Assembly: GCA_035289345.1 (NCBI GenBank)
Contig: DATDXK010000105.1
Span: forward strand, 1-35,854
DNA length: 35,854 bases
Source: Candidatus Nanoarchaeia archaeon
Lineage (GTDB): Archaea; Nanobdellota; Nanobdellia; Woesearchaeales; GW2011-AR9
Direction of reading: 5' to 3'
Shown here: piece after piece, positions 8,741-17,924 of the stretch
Position numbering within the stretch: the first letter of the stretch is position 1
Layout: every line of letters begins with the position of its first letter
Notes under the pieces: model-generated
The model's input: the letters and a program-made list of their open reading frames with translations, nothing else
Told to the model about the DNA's origin: nothing
Database searches by the model: none
Translations under genes and position numbers: made by a program

Positions 8741-8846
8741 CGGATCCGGGGGGATTTGAACCCCCGATTCCCAGCTATCTTTCCTAGGTTAGAAGGCTGG
8801 TGCCTTATTTTCCCTATAAATCATATCCAGGCTAGGCCACGGATCC
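8741..8846 (-). tRNA. tRNA-Arg(UCU) with two putative introns (~18 nt in the D-loop; 13 nt after position 37)
   Basis: Minus strand: acceptor GGATCCG/CGGATCC, D stem GCCT/AGGC enclosing a 28-nt loop AGCCTGGAT... Anticodon stem CCAGC/GCTGG with a 20-nt loop CTTCTA[13 nt]A, variable GAATC, T arm GGGGG-TTCAAAT-CCCCC, discriminator G. Hand-folded only. Confidence 0.7.
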
Positions 8847-8872
8847 ATCAATGTTCTCCAAACAGCAATAGC

Positions 8873-8882
8873 TTTTAAATAT
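8873..8882 (-). promoter_or_regulatory. TATA box for tRNA-Arg (could also serve the divergent gene at 8904)
   Basis: ATATTTAAAA on the minus strand, 27-36 nt upstream of the tRNA 5' end at 8846. Confidence 0.4.
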
Positions 8883-8903
8883 TTTCTTGTTTAATATATA
8901 TTC

Positions 8904-9521
8904 ATGCCTTTCCTTAATTTCATCGAAAAAGCAGTCTCTGCCCAAGGGCTAGATCTACACAATAAAGTTATCAGCAGTAATCTTTATCATCACTTATTAG
9001 ATGAGGAACTGAATTATTTAAAACAATTAAATAGCATTCCCAAAATAGCTCTTGACACTAATTATCCAATTCTTCTTTATCCCGGCTCCGGCTCAGATAT
9101 CTTATATCCTTTATTTTTCCTTGGCATCATTGATAACCTTCAGCAGGCTACCCTGATTTTTATTGATATTCAAAATAATTTAGGAATGATTAAATCAATC
9201 TTAGACGACGTGGGCATCTCTTTCGCTGAAGATAACAATACTATTGCATTTTATTGGAAAAAAATCTTAATTAGGTTGGAATTTAGGTTAAATAGTTTTT
9301 TTTCAATGGAATTGCCTCGGTTTGATATCTATTTCGAGCGAAAATTTGCTATTTTTAGAGAAGCACTGGAGAATTATGAGCTAAAAATAGTTGAAGCCCT
9401 AAATAAGAAGGGCTTAATTATCAGCGATTACGGGTTTAAAAATTTTAAATTTGAACAAATGACTGTTCCTGCAGGATTAAGCAGTTACAGTGAAATGATT
9501 TTGGGAAGAAAAATCACTTAA
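8904..9521 (+). CDS. Hypothetical protein (possible degenerate Rossmann/methyltransferase-like fold)
   Basis: ATG start and a 205-aa ORF. ILLYPGSGSDILYP followed by LIFIDIQ loosely resembles SAM-methyltransferase motifs I and II. No firm family recognised. Confidence 0.45.
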   Translation: MPFLNFIEKAVSAQGLDLHNKVISSNLYHHLLDEELNYLKQLNSIPKIALDTNYPILLYPGSGSDILYPLFFLGIIDNLQQATLIFIDIQNNLGMIKSILDDVGISFAEDNNTIAFYWKKILIRLEFRLNSFFSMELPRFDIYFERKFAIFREALENYELKIVEALNKKGLIISDYGFKNFKFEQMTVPAGLSSYSEMILGRKIT

Positions 9522-10131
9522 TGATAATTTTCTTAATGATTACATCTTCCAAGGGCTTATCTTGGGAATCAGTGGCAGCTCGGGCAATCTTGTCAATGGT
9601 ATCCATGCCCTTAACTACCGTTCCAAATACCGGATGCTGGCTGCTAAGTGGCTCTTTATCAAAATCCAGATAGGAGTTATCCTGCAGGTTGATGAAAAAT
9701 TGGCTGCCGCCAGTATTTGGCCCATGGTTAGCCATAGCAATGGTTCCCCGCACATTAGACAAGTTGGCCACAAATTCATCCTTGATGACATACCCTGGTC
9801 CGCCAGTGCCCCATAATGATTTTTTAGAATCATCCTTAGACAACAGGTCGCCGCCCTGAATCATAAATCCGTTAGGCGGAGCTTTGGCCGGGCCGATAAC
9901 CCGGTGAAATTTAGTACCATCATAAAATCCTTTCTTAACTAAATCGATAAAGTTTTTGGTGGTTAGCGGCATTTTATCGGTAAATAATTCTATCTCAATC
10001 GTTCCTAAATTAGTTTCTAAAACTGCTGTTTTCATTTCTGAACCCCCAATAGTCAATCCAGTAAATTCATCTTCTCCACAGGACAGTAAAAATAAGGACA
10101 ATAACAATACGATTAAGATTTTGACTCTCAT
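9514..10131 (-). CDS. Cyclophilin-type peptidyl-prolyl cis-trans isomerase, secreted/lipoprotein form
   Basis: FHRVI...FMIQGGD and GTIAMANHGPNTGGSQFFI cyclophilin signatures. The N-terminal signal ends in LLSC, which is lipobox-like. Confidence 0.9.
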   Translation of the reverse strand: MRVKILIVLLLSLFLLSCGEDEFTGLTIGGSEMKTAVLETNLGTIEIELFTDKMPLTTKNFIDLVKKGFYDGTKFHRVIGPAKAPPNGFMIQGGDLLSKDDSKKSLWGTGGPGYVIKDEFVANLSNVRGTIAMANHGPNTGGSQFFINLQDNSYLDFDKEPLSSQHPVFGTVVKGMDTIDKIARAATDSQDKPLEDVIIKKIIIK

Positions 10132-10178
10132 TTTTTTTAAAATAGTTAAGGGATTTAAATTATTTTCTATTTATACAG

Positions 10179-11264
10179 TTAAGGCAACCAAGTCTTAGGG
10201 CTGTTTATTTTTTCAGGGAGATATCTATCTATTACAAAGTTTAAACCCCAGGCGGCCAAAGCTTGCTGTTCGGCGCGCACCTTCATCTTAGCCATCTGCT
10301 CTAGAGCCTTCTGCCATTCCTTGCTGTGGTGGCAGAAAGGGTCATTCTTTATGACATCTTTAATCTTTTTATAGTCAACATCCTTTAAAGGATGTGTAGG
10401 TAATTTATAATCAATAATGTCTTGCGGCGTTACTCCTAAGAATCTGGCTTGAGGCACACAAAAGAATTCATTGATATGCGCGGCATTTCCTGATCCGACC
10501 TTCAGGGTTCTATAAATGGAAAAGAAACCATAAGGGTCGGAATCACAGAATACTAATACCGGCAAATGGTGTTCGTCACTTAATTTTCTGATAAACCTTC
10601 TGCAGGCTCGCGAGGGCACGCCACCCATGGAAATTAAAATGCAGTTGGCGGTCTTCCAATAGCCATGCCGATTCAACCGTTCAAACATCCCTTTGGTTTC
10701 AATGGCTAAAATAAATTTGGCTTTAGTTTCGAATTTTAGTTCTTCAACTGATGTAGGGATCGAGTAAGCTCCAGAACCAAATTTAGTGCAATCTATCTTT
10801 ATTGGCTTACCAGTTTCATCCTTGTCGTTGACAACCAAAGAGCCGGCCACATCGCCGCCATGCTCGTCGGCAATAAAACCAATTTGTTCCCGGTTAACGC
10901 TTAAAGAAGCTTCAATGTCGTCCATTACCGCATCAGATTCCGGCTGTTCCCTAAACCGGGCTTCGCCCCAATTCTTGCTGACATAGTAAGCTTCCCTTTT
11001 AGTGGCAATATCATCTGTTTCTACTAACTGCTTGGACAAGCCCATCATCCTCAGCGTTTGGGCGAAGGTTCTAATAGTCGAGGCAGTTAAAGTCCTGGTT
11101 TTTACCTTGTCCAATAATTTAAAAAAGCCACTTTTATCATCATAGGACACATTACTCAAGGCTCGGATGGGCATTTCCAGCTGCGGCTGTTTTTTCTGGC
11201 TGATTTTATCATAAACTCCCTGGGCGATTCCCTGGATGCTCTGCAATACCTTGCTTTTAGTCAT
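10179..11264 (-). CDS. top6A: DNA topoisomerase VI subunit A (Spo11-like)
   Basis: [12 protein letters not shown] (catalytic Tyr region). Toprim motifs [11 protein letters not shown] and [11 protein letters not shown]. First ATG at 11264, overlapping the top6B stop by 8 nt. Confidence 0.93.
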   Translation of the reverse strand: MTKSKVLQSIQGIAQGVYDKISQKKQPQLEMPIRALSNVSYDDKSGFFKLLDKVKTRTLTASTIRTFAQTLRMMGLSKQLVETDDIATKREAYYVSKNWGEARFREQPESDAVMDDIEASLSVNREQIGFIADEHGGDVAGSLVVNDKDETGKPIKIDCTKFGSGAYSIPTSVEELKFETKAKFILAIETKGMFERLNRHGYWKTANCILISMGGVPSRACRRFIRKLSDEHHLPVLVFCDSDPYGFFSIYRTLKVGSGNAAHINEFFCVPQARFLGVTPQDIIDYKLPTHPLKDVDYKKIKDVIKNDPFCHHSKEWQKALEQMAKMKVRAEQQALAAWGLNFVIDRYLPEKINSPKTWLP

Positions 11265-12963
11265 TTTCGTCTTCAATTAATCGTTTCTGTTTATCTTTTT
11301 TATTCATTCTAACTTCAGATTCATCATCTTCATAATCAGCCTCTTGATCTTCTTGGCCGATTTCAGCCAATTCAGGATCGTAATCGGGGTTATCAACACC
11401 GATTTCTTCCAATTCTCCCCGCACATGCTCTAAAATTTCTGCCAAATTATCCTCGATAATTTTTTTCCTTGCTTCTGGCAGCCCCAACAACTCTTTTAAA
11501 GCCTCAGCCACATGAGGGATATACTTTTCAATATAGCTTCTTTTTTTGCTTTCTTCCCCGATTCTTCGTTTTTTATTCACATATGAAGCCAATTTTCGGC
11601 CGACTTCCTGAAGAGCTAATTTAACTTCCTTGATTATTTCCGGGTAATGGGCTAAAGCCTCTTTGGACTCTGAAGTAAAGGGCACCCATACTGAAGTCAT
11701 GTGCACGACGATAGTGCATGGCCCCGAGGGCAATGAGCCTTTGCTTTGCTGCAGGCCATATAATTTCCAGGAAGTATTTTGGATGGCATTAGTAATTGCG
11801 CAGGCTCCCTGCTGGTATTGCAGTGGCACGCGATTGGCAAACCTCATAATCCTAATGGCTGAATCGGCTTCCTGCTCCCCACCGTAAGCAATAGACGCTT
11901 CTACAATGAATGGATTGCCTCTATATACTGCCGGTGGCCTGGTAGTAGCAGCATAAAATTCAGCATTGATCTCTTTCCGCAGGCCTTTCTCCAGCTGGCT
12001 CTCGCCGATAGGAGAAATGCAGTCGGTAGGTGGAGCAATGATCTTAGTTTTGTTAATTCCCCGATGCAAATTTTCAGCCATCTCTCGGCTGATATTTGCC
12101 GGCTTGGTATTTGGCAATAAGGCAGAATTCTGGCAGATTTCTTTAGCCGTGCCTGCCCCAACCCTTACAAATTCCGTTGTTAGAAACTGCTGCAAGGTCT
12201 TAGCTTCAGTTACTTCCAGCAGGCGTATCAGCCTTCCTAATTCTACACCGTAAGGGTGTGGCTTGATCTCTTTAGGCTCTGGCGGCAGCTCTTCCACAGC
12301 CCGAGGAAAGATGATCTGTGCAGCGGAAGGATCAGTATAAATAATTGTAGCATGAGGATTAACGATAGCTGTCTGTTTCAAGTACTCGTCTACTGACTGC
12401 CGGCCTTTTTGATAGCTGGCTTCCATGTCCATCTCAATCTTAGTGCCATGCTCTTTATCTTCCCAATCTTCAGTAGTTTCTTCAACAATTTCTGGCTTGT
12501 TGGCAGAGGTATCAATCTTTAATTTCATTACTACTGCCGGCTGCTCTTTGCTCGTTTTTGATTTGATGGTCACTGGTTTTCCAGTAGTCAGCTGGGCATA
12601 CAATCCGGCAGCAGAAATGCCTATTCCTTGCTGCCCGCGGCTGGCGGAAAGCTTATGGAACTTAGACCCATACAACAATTTGGCAAAAATATTGGGGATC
12701 TGTTTTTTAATAATTCCCGGGCCATTATCTTCCATGACTACCCTAAACCTTGTTTCAGATAACTGGATCAATTCAATGTTAATTTCTGGCAGAATCCTGG
12801 CTTCTTCACAGGCATCTAAAGCATTATCAACGCCTTCTTTTACCGCAGTTAAAAGCGCTTTACGGGGGTTGTCAAAGCCCAGCAGATGGCGGTTTTTCTC
12901 AAAAAATTCAGCAATAGATATATCTCGCTGCTTCTTGGCCAGTTCTTCAGCTGTTTTAATCAT
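11257..12963 (-). CDS. top6B: DNA topoisomerase VI subunit B (GHKL ATPase)
   Basis: [40 protein letters not shown] (Bergerat fold N box), NGPGI and [10 protein letters not shown] motifs. Acidic C-terminal tail. Confidence 0.93.
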   Translation of the reverse strand: MIKTAEELAKKQRDISIAEFFEKNRHLLGFDNPRKALLTAVKEGVDNALDACEEARILPEINIELIQLSETRFRVVMEDNGPGIIKKQIPNIFAKLLYGSKFHKLSASRGQQGIGISAAGLYAQLTTGKPVTIKSKTSKEQPAVVMKLKIDTSANKPEIVEETTEDWEDKEHGTKIEMDMEASYQKGRQSVDEYLKQTAIVNPHATIIYTDPSAAQIIFPRAVEELPPEPKEIKPHPYGVELGRLIRLLEVTEAKTLQQFLTTEFVRVGAGTAKEICQNSALLPNTKPANISREMAENLHRGINKTKIIAPPTDCISPIGESQLEKGLRKEINAEFYAATTRPPAVYRGNPFIVEASIAYGGEQEADSAIRIMRFANRVPLQYQQGACAITNAIQNTSWKLYGLQQSKGSLPSGPCTIVVHMTSVWVPFTSESKEALAHYPEIIKEVKLALQEVGRKLASYVNKKRRIGEESKKRSYIEKYIPHVAEALKELLGLPEARKKIIEDNLAEILEHVRGELEEIGVDNPDYDPELAEIGQEDQEADYEDDESEVRMNKKDKQKRLIEDEND

Positions 12964-13107
12964 TTGGTTAGAAATGAGCTATTTTATTTATAATAGTTTT
13001 GGAAATGAAGCAGAAATTAATTGCAGCAGTGGCGGTTGTGAAAAATTTTCTTATAGCAAATTGCGCAGGGTCTAAAACCCCGTACTTTAGTGCGATTTTC
13101 GTTATGT

Positions 13108-13440
13108 TTATTGCTGAGAGCAATATCTTTTGCTGATGATTAGATCTTCACTTAAGCAATAGGTTGCAGATTGTGAAATAACAAATTCTTTTTCGGAGCC
13201 AATTGCCAAGTCAATATCTTCTTGCGTAATTTCAATGCTTCCCGCTGGGCAAGGGTTAGCAGTGATAATTGCTGAAATAGCTAGTGCATTCGGGGGTTGA
13301 ATCTCTCGGTTATTGCTGGCTAGCGGGCCACGCCAGGCTTGGCCAATAAACCGCTCGTTTTCTATCAGCACCATTCCAGCAATAAGCGCCATCAACAAAA
13401 ATAAGACTACATAGTGTGTTTGCTTTAAGCCTCTGTCCAT
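13108..13440 (-). CDS. Hypothetical small membrane-anchored protein
   Basis: ATG start and one N-terminal TM segment (YVVLFLLMALIAGMVLI). No recognised domain. Confidence 0.4.
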   Translation of the reverse strand: MDRGLKQTHYVVLFLLMALIAGMVLIENERFIGQAWRGPLASNNREIQPPNALAISAIITANPCPAGSIEITQEDIDLAIGSEKEFVISQSATYCLSEDLIISKRYCSQQ

Positions 13441-13554
13441 TAATTAAACTATTTTCCTAAGATATATATAGCTATCTAAATAACTAAAACTGACTTTTTT
13501 AGTTGATTAATAAAAACAGATTTTTCTATCCAGACAGGATTTCCTTATTTTTCC

Positions 13555-13965
13555 TTAGGAAATTACTTCAAGACCATTTATCCGAGTAAACTCCTTATCC
13601 AGCGTAGCAATAAAATCAGCACCAGTAATTTTCATCATCACTAAATTGGTGCAATCTACTAAATTTAGATTTAATTTAGTCGTAGAAAAAATGTTCCATG
13701 CTTCTCTTACAAGATAGTCGTCAACATTTATCACAAGAACGCTCTTGAGAACTTGTTCTCCAAGTAAAACTGCTCTTTCTTTTCCCTTCTTCCTAAAGGT
13801 TACGCCTACTATCTCATTAAAAATGTAATCTGAAGTAAAATAATCTCCATATCTCCCAGCTTCCACTTCTTCCAAGATTTTTAATCCCTTTTTATGATTT
13901 GCATCATTAATGTTATCATATGCCAAGAAGATGTTTGCATCAATAAAAATCAAATCATTCACCAT
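13555..13965 (-). CDS. vapC: PIN-domain ribonuclease toxin (VapC-like)
   Basis: IFIDANIFLAY (first acidic residue), FNEIVG and a C-terminal D/T-rich region fit a PIN fold. First ATG at 13965, overlapping the upstream antitoxin stop by 11 nt. Confidence 0.7.
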   Translation of the reverse strand: MVNDLIFIDANIFLAYDNINDANHKKGLKILEEVEAGRYGDYFTSDYIFNEIVGVTFRKKGKERAVLLGEQVLKSVLVINVDDYLVREAWNIFSTTKLNLNLVDCTNLVMMKITGADFIATLDKEFTRINGLEVIS

Positions 13966-14188
13966 ATAAAATTTGATCAACCTGCAGGCTAACTTGTTCA
14001 GTTCCTTTTCCCCAAGAAACTGGTTTCAAAGAGGTAAATTTCTGCTTTTTTTTACCTAGTTCTGCCCTGAATTTTTCCATAGCTATAGTGAGAGCCGAAC
14101 CAATAGTCAGGCCGTGCTTTATCGCTTCAGCTTTAAATTCGCGAAATACACCTTGATCAACATCCCGTACTGTTATTTGTGTTCCCAT
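13955..14188 (-). CDS. vapB: Ribbon-helix-helix antitoxin (VapB-like)
   Basis: MGTQITVRDVDQGVFREFKAEAIKHGLTIGSALTIAMEKF matches the RHH beta-alpha-alpha pattern. Lies immediately upstream of and overlapping the PIN gene. Alternative ATG at 14197. Confidence 0.65.
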   Translation of the reverse strand: MGTQITVRDVDQGVFREFKAEAIKHGLTIGSALTIAMEKFRAELGKKKQKFTSLKPVSWGKGTEQVSLQVDQILYGE

Positions 14189-14366
14189 ATAAAACATGTT
14201 GTACTTGTTGTATTTAAAGGTATTGGCGAACTTTAGGCATAACTTCTTTGAGAGCACCTATAACTTCCTTCTAAGGAAGATCATGTTCTCTTTCAAAAAG
14301 GCCACTAAGCAGTTCGCTTCCAATAAATACGCTATTAAGATCAAAAATAACTGCTTTAATTTTTTT

Positions 14367-14894
14367 CTATCCAAACAAGATCTCTTTCTTTTTTTTCTCC
14401 AGGAAGGAATACACGGTCTTATGCATCGAACCGCTTAATAACATCGCAACTGCTTCACGGGCCAGCGAGGCTTGCTGGATTTCACCAATTATCCCGATGG
14501 TCTTGCCATAAACCGAAAGGTGCGTTTCAGTCAATCGCTCTAGTTCTTCCCGGGCTTTCCCGCCCTTGCCGATAACCCGGCCCTTCAACCGTTCTAAGGT
14601 ATTTCTGTTTTTTCCAGCCACATCCTTCAGGTCAATGATTTCCAGGGCATAATCAGTTTTCAACAATTGCAAGGCAATTTTTGGGTTGAAGCCGCGGGCA
14701 ACAGCTCGAACAATTTCCCGAGCAGTATATAATAACAAGGCATCTCCTCCAACAATTATAACGTCCCCTTCTTTAGATATATCCAGCTTGCTTTTAGTAG
14801 CTGATTCTATCTCTTTTTTAGTGTCTCCATTCGTGCCGATAAGCACAGCTGTTCTTTCCAACGGAACTTTAAGCTCATACGAAAATTCATCCAT
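14367..14894 (-). CDS. Two-KH-domain RNA-binding protein (archaeal Dim2/Pno1-like)
   Basis: LIGTNGDTKKEIE and VIGKGGKAREELE GXXG-type KH loops. Conserved neighbourhood directly downstream of a Rio kinase gene. Confidence 0.8.
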   Translation of the reverse strand: MDEFSYELKVPLERTAVLIGTNGDTKKEIESATKSKLDISKEGDVIIVGGDALLLYTAREIVRAVARGFNPKIALQLLKTDYALEIIDLKDVAGKNRNTLERLKGRVIGKGGKAREELERLTETHLSVYGKTIGIIGEIQQASLAREAVAMLLSGSMHKTVYSFLEKKKKEILFG

Positions 14895-14943
14895 ATGGTC
14901 AGTTTTAACAACGATTTTTTAAAAACTTATCTCCTCTTTTTAA

Positions 14944-15648
14944 TCAAGCAGTTATTTTCTTTATCACTGCAGCTGGATCTTCATTAACCCCCAGCTTGGC
15001 GAAAAAATTAGTTATATTCTTCACGTCCCGCTGCAATAATTCTTCTGAATTGGGCGTCTGCACCAAGGTAGCCTGGGAAAAATCAATCAAATAGGGCTTA
15101 TCTTCATGGTTTAAGATATTAAAAGAGCTTAAATCTCCATGAATTAATCCTTCCCGATATAATTTTTTTAATTGTGAAAGGAGGCTATCGAAAAACTTCT
15201 GGGGATGTTGGGGATGATTGTCTTTCAAGACTGGGGCAGGCTCTTGATCCCCGATCATTTCTTCGATAAGAATATTCTCTTTAAAAGTCAGCGGCTTCGG
15301 TGCATAGATACCGGCCTTTTCGGCATATTTTAGGTTCCGAAACTCTCGCTGCGTCCAGGCATAAATTATCTGCCGGCGGCGATGTTTTAGAAAACTGTAG
15401 CGTGGATCTTTTCGGATGTAATTATACATTCTCTTAAAATCACAGTTTTGCACTCGATAAATCTTGACAATTAATTTAAGTTTCCCTTTTAAAGCTATAA
15501 AGACATTGCTTTCCTTGCCGATCTTTAAGGGAGAAACTATTTCATCAAAGAAGCCTCGGCTTTGCAGCTCAAAGATATTTCTCTCGGTGTGTTCGTCAAA
15601 CACTCCTTTGAAAGTCTTAAATCGTTCCTGATAGGTAAGAGTTACCAT
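14944..15648 (-). CDS. rio1: RIO-type atypical serine protein kinase (Rio1-like; no N-terminal wHTH)
   Basis: GKESNVFIA (P-loop-like), LIVKIYR (Lys), LIHGDLSSFNIL (catalytic loop) and LIDFSQA (metal-binding). Confidence 0.88.
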   Translation of the reverse strand: MVTLTYQERFKTFKGVFDEHTERNIFELQSRGFFDEIVSPLKIGKESNVFIALKGKLKLIVKIYRVQNCDFKRMYNYIRKDPRYSFLKHRRRQIIYAWTQREFRNLKYAEKAGIYAPKPLTFKENILIEEMIGDQEPAPVLKDNHPQHPQKFFDSLLSQLKKLYREGLIHGDLSSFNILNHEDKPYLIDFSQATLVQTPNSEELLQRDVKNITNFFAKLGVNEDPAAVIKKITA

Positions 15649-15684
15649 TACTGCTTAAAAAGATGGCCCAGTTTATAGATATTC

Positions 15685-15972
15685 TTAGAAATAATTTTTT
15701 TTAAGATGCTCTAGCTTCTGACTAATGAAAGCCTCATAATCTTCAATTGCTTTAATAATTCCCGGCTTACTTAAGTCCTCCCACTGATTTCTTAGTAAGC
15801 TAGTTTTAGCATAACTTAGGCCGATATCTCTTAATTCTTGTTCTAAATGCTTTAATAACCGAGAGTTGGGCTGCGCTAGATTTTCAACAACCAGTTTGTA
15901 TACAGCGCATCCATCTAAAGCTTGCCCATATAAATCTTTAGCCAGTGCCAGAAGTTCTAACCTATCAACCAT
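15685..15972 (-). CDS. Hypothetical protein
   Basis: ORF with ATG at 15972, predicted helical. Sits where eIF1A often precedes rio1, but it does not look like eIF1A. Confidence 0.4.
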   Translation of the reverse strand: MVDRLELLALAKDLYGQALDGCAVYKLVVENLAQPNSRLLKHLEQELRDIGLSYAKTSLLRNQWEDLSKPGIIKAIEDYEAFISQKLEHLKKNYF

Positions 15973-16081
15973 CAACGGCTAAGTTTTAATTAAGGTTTTA
16001 AAGCTTGTTAAACTTAGTTATAGTCTCTTTAAAGGAGTCACGACCGCAACATTTATATACCAATTACTACATCTAAGTAGC

Positions 16082-16170
16082 AAACACCTTTAAACCACCT
16101 CTTTTGCTCAGAAACTTCGGTTTTTGAGCAGATCCCCAGTGAACTTAGGTTTGCTGGGGTTTTCTTTTTT
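16082..16170 (+). ncRNA. Candidate small RNA: TATA box, two hairpins, then a T-run
   Basis: TTTATATA at 16052-16059. An 11-bp hairpin 16105-16130 is closed by a C(UUCG)G tetraloop. A second hairpin pairs CCCCAG 16134-16139 with CTGGGG 16154-16159, followed by TTTTCTTTTTT. Ends are estimated and no family was recognised. Confidence 0.3.
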
Positions 16171-16237
16171 CATTACAAATTTGTAAAAACAGAACTATCT
16201 ACCGATAGGTTTATAAATAAATTATTCTGCATGAATA

Positions 16238-16312
16238 AAGCCCGTCACGAGAGTACCTTTGTGAGTTTACGGAAAATCCAAACTATGACCCTGGGGGTTA
16301 GTAGCCGGGCTT
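16238..16312 (+). ncRNA. Candidate structured RNA with a cloverleaf-like fold, not a canonical tRNA
   Basis: TTTATAAAT at 16210-16218. A 7-bp closing helix AAGCCCG/CGGGCTT encloses three hairpins (16245-64, 16265-83, 16288-98). It lacks the GG D-loop and GTTCRA T-loop signatures. Confidence 0.2.
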
Positions 16313-16520
16313 CATAATCATTAAGAAAAAGAATCGCTGAATAATCACATTTCATTAATCACAATAATCACGGGTAGAAGCTGTTTATTGCTTTGTTTAG
16401 TGCTTGTTCAACTTTTTTTTCTTAACAAACATAACTAAATTGAAAGAGTATATGCTCGCTGGGTTTATTATCACGTAATCGCCATCGGAAATTAGTATAT
16501 TACTCTTTTTGGAGGAAACA

Positions 16521-17801
16521 ATGGCCAAAATTAGCCAAGTTGCAGCTAAGTATATAGTACATTCAACTATTCAGATTGAAGGAGTGGTAGATCGTCCGGA
16601 CGTTATCGGAGCAATATTTGGACAGACAGAAGGATTGCTGGGAAATGATTTGGAATTAAGAGAATTGCAACGAAGCGGCAAGATTGGCCGCATTGAGGTT
16701 AACACCAGCACCAATCAAGGGAAAACTTCCGGTGAGATCATCATCCCCAGTTCTTTAGATAAGACAGAAACAGTTATCGTTGCGGCAGCTTTAGAGATAA
16801 TTCAAAGGATTGGCCCTTGCAATGCCAAAATTGAGGTAAATAGGGTAGAAGATGTAAGGATCAGCAAGAGGCAGTTTGTGGTTGAAAGGGCTAAAGTACT
16901 GCTTAAGAGCCTTACTCAAGATACCTTGCCAGATTCTCAAGAGTTGGCTGATGAGGTTGCTCAATCAGTACGCATGATGGAAGTTTCAGAATATGGCATA
17001 GAGAAATTAGCCTCTGGGCCGGTAATTGATGAAGCTGAAGAAATAATCATCGTTGAAGGGCGGGCTGATGTGCTGAATTTGCTGAAACATGGCTTTAAGA
17101 ATGCCATTGCTTTGAATGGAACGTCTATCCCTGAAACCGTTAAAAAATTAGCCAGGCAGAAAACTTCGGTAGTTTTTGTTGATGGCGATCGTGGCGGCAA
17201 TCTGATAATCAGGGAATTGCTGGCAGTAACCGATATCGATTTTGTCTGCAAGGCACCAGATGGAAAAGAAGTGGAAGAATTAACCAAAAAAGAGATTCAT
17301 AAGGCGCTGCGTGGGCGGATTACTGCCGAACAGTCTAAGCTGGATTTGGGTGTTAGAGATGATGGCACTTTGAAAGAAGAGCCCATTCTGCGCAATAGCC
17401 TTAGGCCAGCTATCAAACCAATCCCCAACCGGGTTGAGCTTAATAATCGAAGGCCGAACGGCCCGTCTAAATTTGTCAAATTAGAGAAAGGTCCGATAGC
17501 AACTTTAGTTTCAGAGGCAGAGAAGGCCACGTTTAAGCAAACCATGGAGGATCTGTTTGGCACTCACGGCGCCTGCATCTTTGACCAGAGCCTGAATGTT
17601 CTGGGAAAGGTTCCCTTAAGCGAATTAGGCACTACCATCAAAAGCCTAAACAGCGGAGTTTATGCCTTGGTATTGGATGGCCAGGTTGATTTAGAACTGA
17701 TGAGGTTAGCTGAACGGGTTGGAGTGCAGCACATCATAGGAACAAATTCTTTAGTTAAAGGGCCGCAAAGGATTAATGTCATGACAGATGAAATGCTTTA
17801 A
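16521..17801 (+). CDS. dnaG: Archaeal DnaG-type primase / exosome-associated Toprim protein
   Basis: KYIVHSTIQIEGVVDRPDVIGAIFGQTEGLLG N-terminus is typical of archaeal DnaG. Toprim motifs IIVEGRADV and FVDGDRGG. GGAGG at 16511-16515 precedes the ATG at 16521. Confidence 0.92.
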   Translation: MAKISQVAAKYIVHSTIQIEGVVDRPDVIGAIFGQTEGLLGNDLELRELQRSGKIGRIEVNTSTNQGKTSGEIIIPSSLDKTETVIVAAALEIIQRIGPCNAKIEVNRVEDVRISKRQFVVERAKVLLKSLTQDTLPDSQELADEVAQSVRMMEVSEYGIEKLASGPVIDEAEEIIIVEGRADVLNLLKHGFKNAIALNGTSIPETVKKLARQKTSVVFVDGDRGGNLIIRELLAVTDIDFVCKAPDGKEVEELTKKEIHKALRGRITAEQSKLDLGVRDDGTLKEEPILRNSLRPAIKPIPNRVELNNRRPNGPSKFVKLEKGPIATLVSEAEKATFKQTMEDLFGTHGACIFDQSLNVLGKVPLSELGTTIKSLNSGVYALVLDGQVDLELMRLAERVGVQHIIGTNSLVKGPQRINVMTDEML

Positions 17802-17924
17802 ATGGTTGTTTACCTAAATAAAAAATCGAATATCAAGATTTTCTGTTCAAGTCATTACAGGCATCCATCCAAAATGCCAAATTAACCACAACCTTTTTAT
17901 CTGTTCTTCTCTTAGCCTTTAGCT

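Noticed and set aside
12425-13075. 216-aa plus-strand ORF, the longest 'extra' ORF in the track
   Set aside because: It lies almost entirely antisense to top6B, whose identity is unambiguous. Its Ser/Leu/Cys-rich low-complexity translation is typical of a shadow frame.
16238-16312. 75-nt cloverleaf-like fold considered as a tRNA or split-tRNA half
   Set aside because: It lacks the conserved U8, the GG of the D-loop, the GTTCRA T-loop and a 7-nt anticodon loop on either strand. It is retained only as a low-confidence structured-RNA candidate.
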